Shown: positions 10,601 to 19,586 of the stretch, in pieces
How positions within the stretch are numbered: the stretch's first letter is position 1
Layout: each line of letters begins with the position of its first letter
Source of the DNA: Candidatus Latescibacterota bacterium
Lineage (GTDB): Bacteria; Latescibacterota; UBA2968; GCA-2709665
DNA length: 64,000 nucleotides
Direction: 5' to 3'
Assembly (NCBI GenBank): GCA_965219995.1
Contig: CBDCOX010000002.1
Coordinates: forward strand, 1,920,001 to 1,984,000
The notes under the pieces: model-generated
Databases searched by the model: none
The model's input: the letters and a program-made list of their open reading frames with translations, nothing else
What the model was told of the DNA's origin: nothing
Translations under genes and position numbers: made by a program

Positions 10601-10845
10601 TCCTTCAACGTATACTTCAGATCCTTCTCCAGACGCACCAGCGCACGCTCCGCCTCCTTCGCCGCAAACTCCGCCGCAGGCTGAGACGCCTTGTCGAAAT
10701 AGATCTTGAAATGCTCCGTCTCCAGATAGTGCCAGTCGTAATCGTCATACGTCACCTTGTTCTTGCCGAAATACTCCTGGCCCACAGCACTGCCGCACAC
10801 GAAGAGACTGATTAGAATTCCTGACGCCAGACAACGCCGGATCAT
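7651..10845 (-). CDS. Omp85/BamA-superfamily protein with N-terminal MA zinc peptidase and PD40/TolB beta-propeller
   Basis: Start revised to ATG 10845 (GGAGG RBS). Signal peptide then QEYFGKNKV; HELVH...EGVAEY; six WSPDG-type repeats; C-terminal barrel with LRG, LFLDVG, GYGFGVR, RYDLAW. Confidence 0.88.
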   Translation of the reverse strand: MIRRCLASGILISLFVCGSAVGQEYFGKNKVTYDDYDWHYLETEHFKIYFDKASQPAAEFAAKEAERALVRLEKDLKYTLKDRYPIVIYNSHNGFSVTNITPTEQSEFTGGFTEFAQGRVVIPYTGSYSDFRHVIHHELVHVVTLEMWTGGGWLGAMMTQTASLPPLWIAEGVAEYLSQGGWDGEADNFMRHATITGYVPGMMSLSGAFAYKGGQSVFVMIEEEYGKDKVAEFISSFRSARSVDKALKASVGEGVEELDEKWQLWLKRQYWNEINLHHPSEEVAKQLTEAGAGRGFYNIAPSFSPQGDKIAYVTEREGTFDIYLMSAIDGQDLGRLVEGERSSDFEGLFVLRPGITWSPDGKQIAFAAKSRNKNTLYTLDVRKKRVTKRFEFDLDGLFEPTWSPDGKQIAIVGLKDGWSDVYIVNVEDEGLRRMTRDPYDEKHLDWSPDGEWIAISSDRPGADLEYDGSKDFVFGTYNVFVLRADGSEIRQVVESEVNDSHPTWGPDSQTLAFVSDRTGVGNIYIAHVDGSQMYPISNLLSGARYIDWSADGKKLAFTTFHRGGYDIFVMKDPLQKKRGMEDLPLTRYAKRLAGIEDRPFVELQKERRQEAAHGGAEPDSSVAAAAADTAVATAAADRKVETWMSDQMALAAAEARGDDDGAAADGDSLETDGDRELTLRDWNKAFTINKYRVKLKPESLGANAGFDTFYGVSSLLHLSLTDVMGDHRILIRTGLSFSLKDSDLFLGYQNLKHQTNYYLNALHTRNFFISNGQIVADRIYGGGAVFQRPFNRFTRIETSMQGINISRENLGAYQSQYLRAGYTGRVIRGSGTPVSDNWAVINSLDIVEDNALYSQFGPVKGRRARLSLRGSWAGMQYGTVQADYRKYVPMLEEYTFAVRMSGGTSFGRNSQVFFLGGVNNSINPNYATFASVDRERVFFSSFVWPLRGADVFEMAGDSFVLANVAFRFPLIRQLAMGWPLPLFFQNVQGELFLDVGSAFDRDSFEPWEARDGGFELRDLKAGYGFGVRANLGAFLFRYDLAWPTDFAETVHPKQYFSIDFTGLF

Positions 10846-11399
10846 GACTGACCTCCTTACCTGTGCCTGAGCTGCGGCGGCCTCTTCCTCGGGACGGCAA
10901 ACGATGCCGACGCCGGTACCGCGCCCGCTCGATCCGTATCCACCGGCGTATTTCATGATCGTCCGAAGGCGATGGGGTGGAGGTCGGCCGCCGGGATTTT
11001 ACCGCCCCCACCCCTGTTCCCGCAGGACAACTGCGGGAATCACTCACGTCTATAAATGGGATATCGTTACGTTTCAGAGAAAGCTGACGATCCTACCGTC
11101 ACACTACACCATTAGAACGACGGTCCCGCCAAATCGTTCCCCCATTTTTCCCGATGACATCCGCCGTGTCTTCCATATATTAGCCGGCAAGGGCGTCAGA
11201 TCCCGCACATCCGGATCTGTGCCCTGAACCGAAATACCCTGAAGTATAACCGATATACTTCCCGGCGGACGACACGCGCGAGAGAGCTACCGGACAACGG
11301 TGAATCGAATTGTCGAACTGTCCGGCGATGTTCGGCGCGCCTCGGCGTGCATTCGAACGCCGGCGCCACCGCCGGACACCTCCACGGGAACCACAATCG

Positions 11400-12587
11400 A
11401 TGGAAAAAATCAGAGTCGGCATCCTCGGCCTCAGGCGGGGCATAGCCCATCTGCGCAACTTTCTGGCCGTCGAGCATGCAGACGTCGTCGCCGCGTGCGA
11501 CCGCTTTCCCTATTACCGCGATCAGGCTCGCACCTTGTTGGAGAGACAGGACTCGTCGGCCGAACTCCTGCCGGAATACGAAGACCTCCTCGAACGCAAA
11601 CCCGACGCCGTGGTCATCGCGAGTAACGGCAGGCTACAGGTAGAACACGCCTGCACGGCACTCGAAGCCGGCTGCCACGTTCTCTCGGAAGTCCCGGGCG
11701 CAGACTCGGAAGAGGAACTGATACGCCTTCGCGAGGCCGTGGAACGGACCGGCCTGACCTACATGCTCGCCGAAAACGCCTGTTACGCCGGGTTTGTGCC
11801 ACTCTGGCGGAGGTGGATCCTCGAAGACCGCTTCGGACCCGTCTCCATTGCCGAAGCCGAATACCTCCACTACCTGCCGCAAACGCTCTTCACGCCGGAC
11901 GGAAAACGTCTCTCGCCTAGCCAGGCGCGGTCTGGCGGCGGCGTGAACGCGAGGCCCATTTGGCGGGCCGACCAGCCACCTATCCAGTACCTTACTCACG
12001 ACCTTGGCCCGCTGCTGGAAATTCTGGACGACCGCGCTGCTTCAGTGACCTGCCGAAGCGCCCCGTGGCGCAGCAGGGAAGCGCCCTTGAGATCGGACGG
12101 GCAGATCGCGCTATTCCATACTCAAAAAGGCACGCTGATCAAGATCATGGTTACCCTGAACACAATCCGGCCGTCCGAGCACCGCTACCGACTCTTCGGT
12201 ACTGAAGGGAGCGCGGAGATGTTCTCGTACGAAAACTGCACCCGCTATTTCGACAGCGCGTGCAGTGACAGAGACGGATGGCGCGTTCTGCCGGTCGGCA
12301 GATCCGCCGTCGACGACGCTGCAGGCGGCCACGGAGGAACCGATCTGAAAGTCGCCCGGCACTTCACGGAGACCCTTCTGAACGGCCGTCCCTCTCCCAT
12401 AGACGTCTACCGTGCCGCGGAATACGCGCTGCCGGGCATCTTCGCGGCCCGCTCGGCGGATCTCGGCGGCGCCCCGATTGCGATTCCCGACCTGAGGCGG
12501 GATCCGTATTCGGGGACGGACTTCTGGGACACCCTGCAGATACAGGAAACCGACCCCCCCTCCGCGGTCTACCGGCCGCCCTGCTAA
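11400..12587 (+). CDS. Gfo/Idh/MocA family oxidoreductase
   Basis: MEKIRVGILGLRRG Rossmann start, HVLSEVP, AEAEYLH, GGHGG. Confidence 0.88.
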   Translation: MEKIRVGILGLRRGIAHLRNFLAVEHADVVAACDRFPYYRDQARTLLERQDSSAELLPEYEDLLERKPDAVVIASNGRLQVEHACTALEAGCHVLSEVPGADSEEELIRLREAVERTGLTYMLAENACYAGFVPLWRRWILEDRFGPVSIAEAEYLHYLPQTLFTPDGKRLSPSQARSGGGVNARPIWRADQPPIQYLTHDLGPLLEILDDRAASVTCRSAPWRSREAPLRSDGQIALFHTQKGTLIKIMVTLNTIRPSEHRYRLFGTEGSAEMFSYENCTRYFDSACSDRDGWRVLPVGRSAVDDAAGGHGGTDLKVARHFTETLLNGRPSPIDVYRAAEYALPGIFAARSADLGGAPIAIPDLRRDPYSGTDFWDTLQIQETDPPSAVYRPPC

Positions 12588-12647
12588 TCGATCCGCCTTC
12601 AATCCGGTCCGCCGCCATCCCGGCCGGCGTCACATTCCATTTCAATA

Positions 12648-14369
12648 ATGACGTACACATCCATTGAACTGCAACTTCTGAAAAACAGGCTGGAAGCCAT
12701 CGTGGACGACATGGCGCTCACGGTCGTTCGCACCGCCTATTCAACCAATCTCAGAAATTCGATGGACTTCTCCACCGGCTTCTGCGACGCCGGTGGCCGG
12801 CTGGTTGCGCAGGGTCTCTGCCTTCCCCTGCATCTGGGAAGCCTGCCGGACGGTCTCTCCGCCATCCTCGATCGGTATCGCGATGCCATTGACGACGGCG
12901 ATGTGTTTCTGCTCAATGATCCGTATGAAGGTGGCACGCACCTGCCCGACCTGTACATCTACAAACCCGTGTTCGTCGATGGCCGCCTGCTCGGATTCGC
13001 GACCGCCATCGCACATCATACCGACATCGGCGGCCGGGTTGCCGGCGGAAACGCTTGCGACTCCACGGAAATCTACCAGGAAGGGCTGCGCATCCCGCCG
13101 ATCAAGCTCTACGCCTCGGGATGTCCGGTCCAGGCGATTTTCGACCTGATCGAACGCAACGTCCGAGTCCCCCGCAACGCGCTTGGCGACCTCCGCGCCC
13201 AGCTGTCCGCCTGCCACATTGGCGAAAACGCATTTGTCGCCCTCGCCCGCGAACAGGGGTTCGACCGCCTTCAAAACGGATTCTCCGAGCTTCTGGATTA
13301 CTCCGAACGCCTTACGCGCTCGGAGATCACCGCCCTGCCGGACGGTCGCTACAGCTTTACAGACGTACTCGACGACGACGGTATCGACCCGGGCCCGATC
13401 CCGATCACCGTCACGGTCGAGGTTGCGGGCAGCGCGCTGTCTGTAGACTTCACCGGTACCGCACCACAGGTGACGGGGGCTATCAACTGCGTCGCTTCAT
13501 TCACCAGGTCGGCGGTGTACGCATGCCTGCGCTGTCTCATGCGCGCGGACATTCCCACCAATTCAGGGTTCTTCCGCGCCGTTGACGTGCGCATCCCGTC
13601 CGCCACGATCGCCAACCCCGTGCCGCCGGCGCCGGTGGCCGCCCGCGGCCTCACCGGCTTTCGACTCGCAAATACGATCATGGGTGCGCTCGCCCAGGCT
13701 GCGCCGCACATCGTGCCCGCGTGCGAGGTGGGCGGAGACACGGGTATCTCTATCGGGGGATACCGAGACGACCGAACCGCGTTCGTCTTTCTGGAGTTTC
13801 TGTTCTGCGGATGGGGCGGACGTCCGGACCGGGACGGTATTGACGGCTGCGCCAGTATTGTGGTCAACTTCTCCAACAATCCGGCCGAAGTCATCGAAGC
13901 CGAATATCCGCTCCAGATTCTCGAATACGGATTCCTGCCAGACACCGGCGGAGCGGGCAAATACCGCGGCGCCTGCTCGATCGTTCGCGAATACAGATTT
14001 ACGGAAAGACAAGCGACCCTGCAGATCCGCTCGGACCGCCACAAGTCCCGCGCCTACGGCCTGTCGGGAGGGCTGCCGGGATCCCCGTCCAGGAACGTCC
14101 TGAACCCCCAAACGGAAGCCCGTGAATTGCCCGCCAAGACGTTGCTTACCCTCAAGAGAGGCGACGTCCTGCGGCACGTACTCGCAGGGGCGGGCGGCTG
14201 GGGCAGTCCGCTGGAACGCGACCCAGAGCGTATACTGGACGACGTCCGAAACGGAAAAGTCTCAATCCGCTCCGCCGAACGAAACTACGGCGTTGCCATC
14301 AGCCCGGATACGCTGCAGATCGACGGCGCGGGCACGAGCCGGCTCCGATCCCGTTCCGGACGCACTTAG
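12648..14369 (+). CDS. hyuB: Hydantoinase B/oxoprolinase family protein
   Basis: PLHLGS, NDPYEGGTHLPD, HHTDIGG, EIYQEG, GGAGKYRG, GGWGSP. Confidence 0.9.
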   Translation: MTYTSIELQLLKNRLEAIVDDMALTVVRTAYSTNLRNSMDFSTGFCDAGGRLVAQGLCLPLHLGSLPDGLSAILDRYRDAIDDGDVFLLNDPYEGGTHLPDLYIYKPVFVDGRLLGFATAIAHHTDIGGRVAGGNACDSTEIYQEGLRIPPIKLYASGCPVQAIFDLIERNVRVPRNALGDLRAQLSACHIGENAFVALAREQGFDRLQNGFSELLDYSERLTRSEITALPDGRYSFTDVLDDDGIDPGPIPITVTVEVAGSALSVDFTGTAPQVTGAINCVASFTRSAVYACLRCLMRADIPTNSGFFRAVDVRIPSATIANPVPPAPVAARGLTGFRLANTIMGALAQAAPHIVPACEVGGDTGISIGGYRDDRTAFVFLEFLFCGWGGRPDRDGIDGCASIVVNFSNNPAEVIEAEYPLQILEYGFLPDTGGAGKYRGACSIVREYRFTERQATLQIRSDRHKSRAYGLSGGLPGSPSRNVLNPQTEARELPAKTLLTLKRGDVLRHVLAGAGGWGSPLERDPERILDDVRNGKVSIRSAERNYGVAISPDTLQIDGAGTSRLRSRSGRT

Positions 14370-14477
14370 TGCGTGCGCCGGACATTGCCCGGCGCATCCG
14401 GCGTTACAGAAAAGGAAACGCGGGGGCACACCCGGTACCGCCCGCGTTTCGAACAGGACATTCCATAGCAATATCAC

Positions 14478-16556
14478 TCAATCCACGTCGATTACAATAT
14501 TCCTCCAGTCGTCCACTCGGACGGCAACGTCCGGAGGGACCAGCGTGGTGGCGTCGTATTCCTCGACAATTACAGGGCCCGTTGCGGGTGAGTCCCGGAG
14601 GAGACGCCGAGGCAGGACCGGTGTCTCGATCCATCCTCCGGGTTCACCGAAATAGGCGCGCCTGCTGCCCGGTCTTCCGCCGCCGCCATCCGGCTCGTCG
14701 ATGTCTCTCCCGTGTGGCAACGGGGGTTCGGGCAGAAATGCACGGACCCTCAAGGTAACGACCTCGACAGCGTCGCCTTCGGCGCGGTGCCCGTACGTGC
14801 GCGCGTGTTCGGCTTCAAAAGCGTCCCTGAGATCGGCCAATGTGCCGCGGCTCCATCGCCCCAGAGGCGCCCTGATCGAGAGTTCCCAGGATTGCCCCGC
14901 ATACCTGAGATCCACGAAATTTTCTACGGCTGAACCCGGCAACCTCTCTCTGGCCTCGTCAGCCATCCTGCCAAATGCAGACTGCAGTTCGGCCGGTTCT
15001 GTTTCCATCAGGTGCTTCAGGCAGGTTCGCGCGAGATCGTACTGCAATCCTGCCGCGACCAGACCGATCGCGCTGAAAAGGCCCGGGGCCGGCGGAATCA
15101 GTACCTTTTTGATGCCAAGCGCTCTGGCCATCCCGACGGCGTGCAGGGGGCCGCTCCCGCCGAAGGCCAGTAACGAATATCCTCGGGGGTCGCGGCCGCG
15201 CTCGGACGAAACCGCCCGCACAGCCCTCACCATCCGGGCAACCGCGATCCGGTGCGCTCCAAGGGCGGCTTCATCCTCCCCCATGTCCATCCTTGACGCG
15301 ACCCATTCCCGCATGGCGCTTCGGGCCGACGTGACGTCCAGCGACAGGCTGCCGCCGGCGGGTCCCTCCGGATTCAGATATCCCAGCAGCAGGTTGGCGT
15401 CGGTGAGCGCAGGCCGATTCCCTCCACGCCGATAGCTGGCGGGTCCGGGGTCCGCTCCGGCGCTCTCCGGTCCCACCTGAAGCGCTCCACCGCCGTCTAC
15501 ATGCAGGATACTGCCGCCGCCTGCTCCGATTTCGGCCAGATCGATGCAGGGCACCCGGATGGGGTACCCGCCTCCGCCCATCAATCGTCCCGCAACAGAC
15601 AGCCCGCCGCCGACCTCGTAATCCGATATGCGGGAGATGCGACCGGCTTCGATCAGCGACGCCTTGGCCGTCGTCCCGCCCATATCGAACGCAATCAGAT
15701 CGGGGCATCCGATGCGCCGGCCCAGCGCCGCGGCGGCGACCACACCGGCGGCCGGTCCGGATTCGAGAATCTGAACCGGGCGCTCGACAGCGGTAGCGGT
15801 CCCGGTGATCCCTCCGCTCGACTGCATGATCCTCAGCGGCGCGTCGACGTCCATATCCAGAATCCGCGCGTGAAGATCGCCCAGGTAGCTCTGCACCACC
15901 GGCATTACGTATGCGTTTATTACCGTGGTGCTCGTCCGCTCGTATTCCTTGATCTCTGGCAGGACTTCGGATGACAGCGTGACCGTCCACCGCCCGGCCG
16001 CGCGCAGCAGCTCGCCAATCCTGATTTCGTGGCCGGGATTCACGTACGCATTGAGCAGACACACCGCAACCGACACCACACGCTCTCTATCCAGGTGTTC
16101 GATCGCAAGGTGAACACTCTCCTCGTCCAGTGTTTCCAATACGTCGCCTTCGGCGTCAATCCGTTCATTGACCTCCAGACGGAGATACCGGGGCACAAGT
16201 GGTTTCGGCTTCTCCCATGAAAGATCGTACAGCCGGGGCACCCGCAGCCGCCCGATCTCCAGCACGTCGCGAAAACCCCGTGTTGTGATCAGTCCTGTGC
16301 GCGCCCCGGTGCCACCCAGAACGGCATTGGTCGCCACGGTGGTACCGTGGATGACTTCCGTCACCTCCGACCCCGCTCCCCCGACAACCTGACGTACACC
16401 ATCTACGATGGCGGTCCCGTAATCTCCGGGCGTGGAGGGCAGCTTGCAGACTGCCACGCGGCCGTCCCCGTCCACGGACACAACATCCGTAAAGGTGCCG
16501 CCGATATCGATGCCAATACGCACAGTCGTACCGATCCGGTTAGCGGGTGTCCTCAA
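14478..16556 (-). CDS. hyuA: Hydantoinase A/oxoprolinase family protein
   Basis: IDIGGTFTD, HGTTVATN, EYERTST, ESGPAAG, DMGGTT, GPESAGADPGP. Confidence 0.92.
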   Translation of the reverse strand: MRTPANRIGTTVRIGIDIGGTFTDVVSVDGDGRVAVCKLPSTPGDYGTAIVDGVRQVVGGAGSEVTEVIHGTTVATNAVLGGTGARTGLITTRGFRDVLEIGRLRVPRLYDLSWEKPKPLVPRYLRLEVNERIDAEGDVLETLDEESVHLAIEHLDRERVVSVAVCLLNAYVNPGHEIRIGELLRAAGRWTVTLSSEVLPEIKEYERTSTTVINAYVMPVVQSYLGDLHARILDMDVDAPLRIMQSSGGITGTATAVERPVQILESGPAAGVVAAAALGRRIGCPDLIAFDMGGTTAKASLIEAGRISRISDYEVGGGLSVAGRLMGGGGYPIRVPCIDLAEIGAGGGSILHVDGGGALQVGPESAGADPGPASYRRGGNRPALTDANLLLGYLNPEGPAGGSLSLDVTSARSAMREWVASRMDMGEDEAALGAHRIAVARMVRAVRAVSSERGRDPRGYSLLAFGGSGPLHAVGMARALGIKKVLIPPAPGLFSAIGLVAAGLQYDLARTCLKHLMETEPAELQSAFGRMADEARERLPGSAVENFVDLRYAGQSWELSIRAPLGRWSRGTLADLRDAFEAEHARTYGHRAEGDAVEVVTLRVRAFLPEPPLPHGRDIDEPDGGGGRPGSRRAYFGEPGGWIETPVLPRRLLRDSPATGPVIVEEYDATTLVPPDVAVRVDDWRNIVIDVD

Positions 16557-17866
16557 TCCATGAACAGATACCTGGCGATGAAGATCACCGCCAGGAGATC
16601 CACCAACGGGTTCACGTCATCACCACGACCTCCCAGCCGTTTGACAATGGGAAACGCGATAAACCCCAACGCAAGACCGTTCGAGATACTGAAAGTCAAC
16701 GGCATGGCGATCATCGTCAGAAAGGCCGGAAGCGCATCCGTGACCTCGTTCCACTTCACGTTCACTACCGATGCCATCATCAGCACGCCCACTACGATCA
16801 GCGCGGGCGCGGTTGCAAACGCGGGAATGGCCTCCATCAACGGCGTGAGGAAGAGCGCGAGAAGAAACATGGCGCCCGTCACCACACTTGCGAAACCGGT
16901 GCGCGCGCCGGCCGAAATGCCCGCCGCACTTTCGATATAGGTCGTCACCGTCGACGTCCCGAACAGGGAGCCGAACATCGTGCCCAATGAATCGGCCAGG
17001 AGCGCACGGTTGGCACGCGGCAGGCGGCCGCGTCTGTCCATGAATCCGGCCCTCCCGGAAACACCGACCAGTGTACCCATCGTGTCGAACAGATCCACAA
17101 ACAAAAATACCAGGACAATGCCGATGAGTCCCACGTCGAACGCGGCCGTCAGGTTGACGGCGGCGACACCGAACAATCGATCCGGCCAGGCGGGAAGACC
17201 GATGATGCCCTGGGGCGTCGACGCCACGCCCGTCACCATTCCCAGGACCGCCACCCCCAGCATTCCCAGCAATATAGCTCCCTTGACACCTCTTGCCAGC
17301 ATGACGCCCGTACCCAGCACACCCAGAAGCGTAAGCCCGACGGGACCGCTTCTGATGTCGCCCAGCGAGATCAGCGTTGCCGAATCTCCCGTTACGATTC
17401 CCGCGTTCTTCAGTCCGATAAACGCGATAAACAGCCCGATGCCGCACGCCGTCGCCTGCTTTATGGCGTCAGGTACCGCGTTGATGATGGCTTCCCTCAC
17501 ACGGATCAGCGTCAACAACGTGAACAGAATGCCGGACGCAAGAACCACCCCCAATGCCAGATCCCAGCGTACCCCCATGCCAAGTACAACCGAATACGCG
17601 AAGAAGGCGTTCAGACCCATACCGGGCGCCAGAGCAAACGGGTAATTCGCGGCGATGCCCATGATCAGCGTCGCCGTTGCCGCTGAAATGCACGTTGCGA
17701 ACAGCAACTCTCCGAAAAGATCCTTACCCAGCGCTTCCGACAACAACCCCGGATTCACTGCGATTATGTATGCCATCGTTACAAATGTCGTCAGCCCGCC
17801 AACCACTTCCGTACGGTAGGTTGTCCCCTTCTCTTCGAATCGAAAATACCTCGCAATCGCCCGCAT
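16553..17866 (-). CDS. NCS2/AzgA-family purine nucleobase permease
   Basis: TTFVTMAYI, APGMGLNAFF, FFVDLFDTMGT-like segment, YIESAAG; overlaps the hyuA start by 4 nt. Confidence 0.92.
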   Translation of the reverse strand: MRAIARYFRFEEKGTTYRTEVVGGLTTFVTMAYIIAVNPGLLSEALGKDLFGELLFATCISAATATLIMGIAANYPFALAPGMGLNAFFAYSVVLGMGVRWDLALGVVLASGILFTLLTLIRVREAIINAVPDAIKQATACGIGLFIAFIGLKNAGIVTGDSATLISLGDIRSGPVGLTLLGVLGTGVMLARGVKGAILLGMLGVAVLGMVTGVASTPQGIIGLPAWPDRLFGVAAVNLTAAFDVGLIGIVLVFLFVDLFDTMGTLVGVSGRAGFMDRRGRLPRANRALLADSLGTMFGSLFGTSTVTTYIESAAGISAGARTGFASVVTGAMFLLALFLTPLMEAIPAFATAPALIVVGVLMMASVVNVKWNEVTDALPAFLTMIAMPLTFSISNGLALGFIAFPIVKRLGGRGDDVNPLVDLLAVIFIARYLFMD

Positions 17867-18179
17867 TTGTCTCTCCGAATGGGATGGGTGGCTTAAGAAA
17901 GCAATTCTGCGACGGGGCCGTTCAGGGATGACGTGTCCCCATCCTCCCGCCGCAACGCAATCCGTGAATCCGTCCGCTCGCCCGCATTCTGCCTTCGCAG
18001 CGCCGGTTGACCCGCTATTGACATTTCGGACCGCATCGTCCGGGCAGTCGGCTTTAGGCTTGATTTTGAATGGAACTTATATACCTTTATCTTGGTCGGC
18101 GAACCGTCAATTCAGCGATCTACTGCCTGCGGCCGACACCTTTGAACTGACGATTCCGTGCAAACTTGGGAGCCCGGGG

Positions 18180-18944
18180 ATGTCGGAAGATATCGGATCG
18201 ATCCTCAAAAGCTGGCCGTACGATCCGCAAAACAGCATCCGTAAGGTCATCGATCCCCGCGGCGTGGAGAAGATTCAGGTCCGAGTGGACCAGGGCGCGT
18301 TCCAGGGGGTTCTGCAGATGGAACTGGACGGGCGCCCCGACGGCCAGAAACCCTACAATCAAACCTTCGTCCTGGACTACCACAAGAAACTCCTGCAGAA
18401 ACACGTGGGCGCGTCCGGATCGCCCGTGGGCTTCAATCTGGACGAGCGCGCCTGTTCCGAGATCTTCGATGAAAGCAGGCGGATATACGAGCGTTACGTC
18501 TTTCTTCTGCAGATTCGGGACTACAACCGGGTTGTGCGCGATACCGAGAGAAACATGGAAGTCTTCCGCTTCGTAAACCGATATGCGGAACGCGAGGAAG
18601 ACCGGGAAAACCTTGAAAAGTGGTGGCCGTACATACTGAGAATCCATGCCGTCGCCCGGGTGATGATTGCGACGCAGCAGGACGATTACGATACTGCACT
18701 CGATATCATCCGCGAGGCGCAGGCGAAGATCTCAGACCTCGACGGAGTTGAGGCCGAAGAGTTCGAAACAGAAAAAAAGCGGTCTCAGGACTCCCTTAAA
18801 GAACTGGAAGACGAAATACTGAGCAAACGTCCTCAAAGTCCCGCGGAGAAGCTCAGGGAGGAACTGGCTCAGGCCGTCGAGGAAGAAGATTTCGAACGCG
18901 CCGCGGCGATCCGCGACAAGATTTGGGAACTGGAAGAGAGCTAG
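18180..18944 (+). CDS. UvrB/UvrC-motif-containing protein
   Basis: Start revised to MSEDI; IQVRVDQG..QMELDGRPDG N-domain; C-terminal UVR motif LAQAVEEEDFERAAAIRDKI. Confidence 0.8.
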   Translation: MSEDIGSILKSWPYDPQNSIRKVIDPRGVEKIQVRVDQGAFQGVLQMELDGRPDGQKPYNQTFVLDYHKKLLQKHVGASGSPVGFNLDERACSEIFDESRRIYERYVFLLQIRDYNRVVRDTERNMEVFRFVNRYAEREEDRENLEKWWPYILRIHAVARVMIATQQDDYDTALDIIREAQAKISDLDGVEAEEFETEKKRSQDSLKELEDEILSKRPQSPAEKLREELAQAVEEEDFERAAAIRDKIWELEES

Positions 18945-19171
18945 CGCGTACCGGGGTTCCCGCAGTGATCCGGTGGACGCTTGACGTATCCGATCCGATT
19001 CGGAATTCACATGAACGCGGACGCGGCATCTTCAATAATAGTCATATACGGTGGATTCCTGCAAGATATTTGACATTCGGACGCGGGCGTTAATGGAGAT
19101 GCTTCCAGGGAATGCGTCCGAGAGCAGGGACCCGGCCGCGGGGAGAGTAACCTCGCGGGTTCAGAAACACC

Positions 19172-19200
19172 TTGACTTTTCGTTGCAAAACCAATACAAT
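19172..19200 (+). promoter_or_regulatory. Sigma70-type promoter for the ilvB leader
   Basis: TTGACT-17 nt-TACAAT. Confidence 0.7.
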
Positions 19201-19292
19201 ACCCGTCCACGAAACGGCGCTTATCCGTCGTCGCGTCGAACGCAGGGTTTGCTCCGGGTCCGGGCATTAGTACAATTCGGAAAGGCGAGGCC

Positions 19293-19489
19293 GTGGAGTC
19301 GTTTGAAAGGATTCCCCCAATGGTTCCCAATCTGTGCGACATTCCCGTTGCAGCCATGGTCGACAGTAGCGACAACCGGATCGGCGGCCTTCTTGTATCC
19401 GTATCCAGGCGGCGGCAGGGCGCGTAGCCAGATTGGCAAATGCACGAATGCAGCCCGCCGTCGACGTCGATTCGACGGCGTTTTTGTTT
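19293..19489 (+). promoter_or_regulatory. Putative ilvB transcription attenuator (leader peptide plus terminator)
   Basis: In-frame starts at 19293, 19320 and 19356, stop TAG 19425-19427; peptide ends IGGLLVSVSRRRQGA (codons CTT CTT GTA TCC GTA); hairpin CGCCGTCGA/TCGACGGCG at 19456-19480 followed by TTTTTGTTT. Confidence 0.6.
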
Positions 19490-19586
19490 GCCGTCTTCAC
19501 GGTTACATTTGACGGATCGCCAGCGCGTGTTTATATTGCATTAAATAATTATAAATTGGCATCTTAAATTCAGGAGTAATCGCCAG

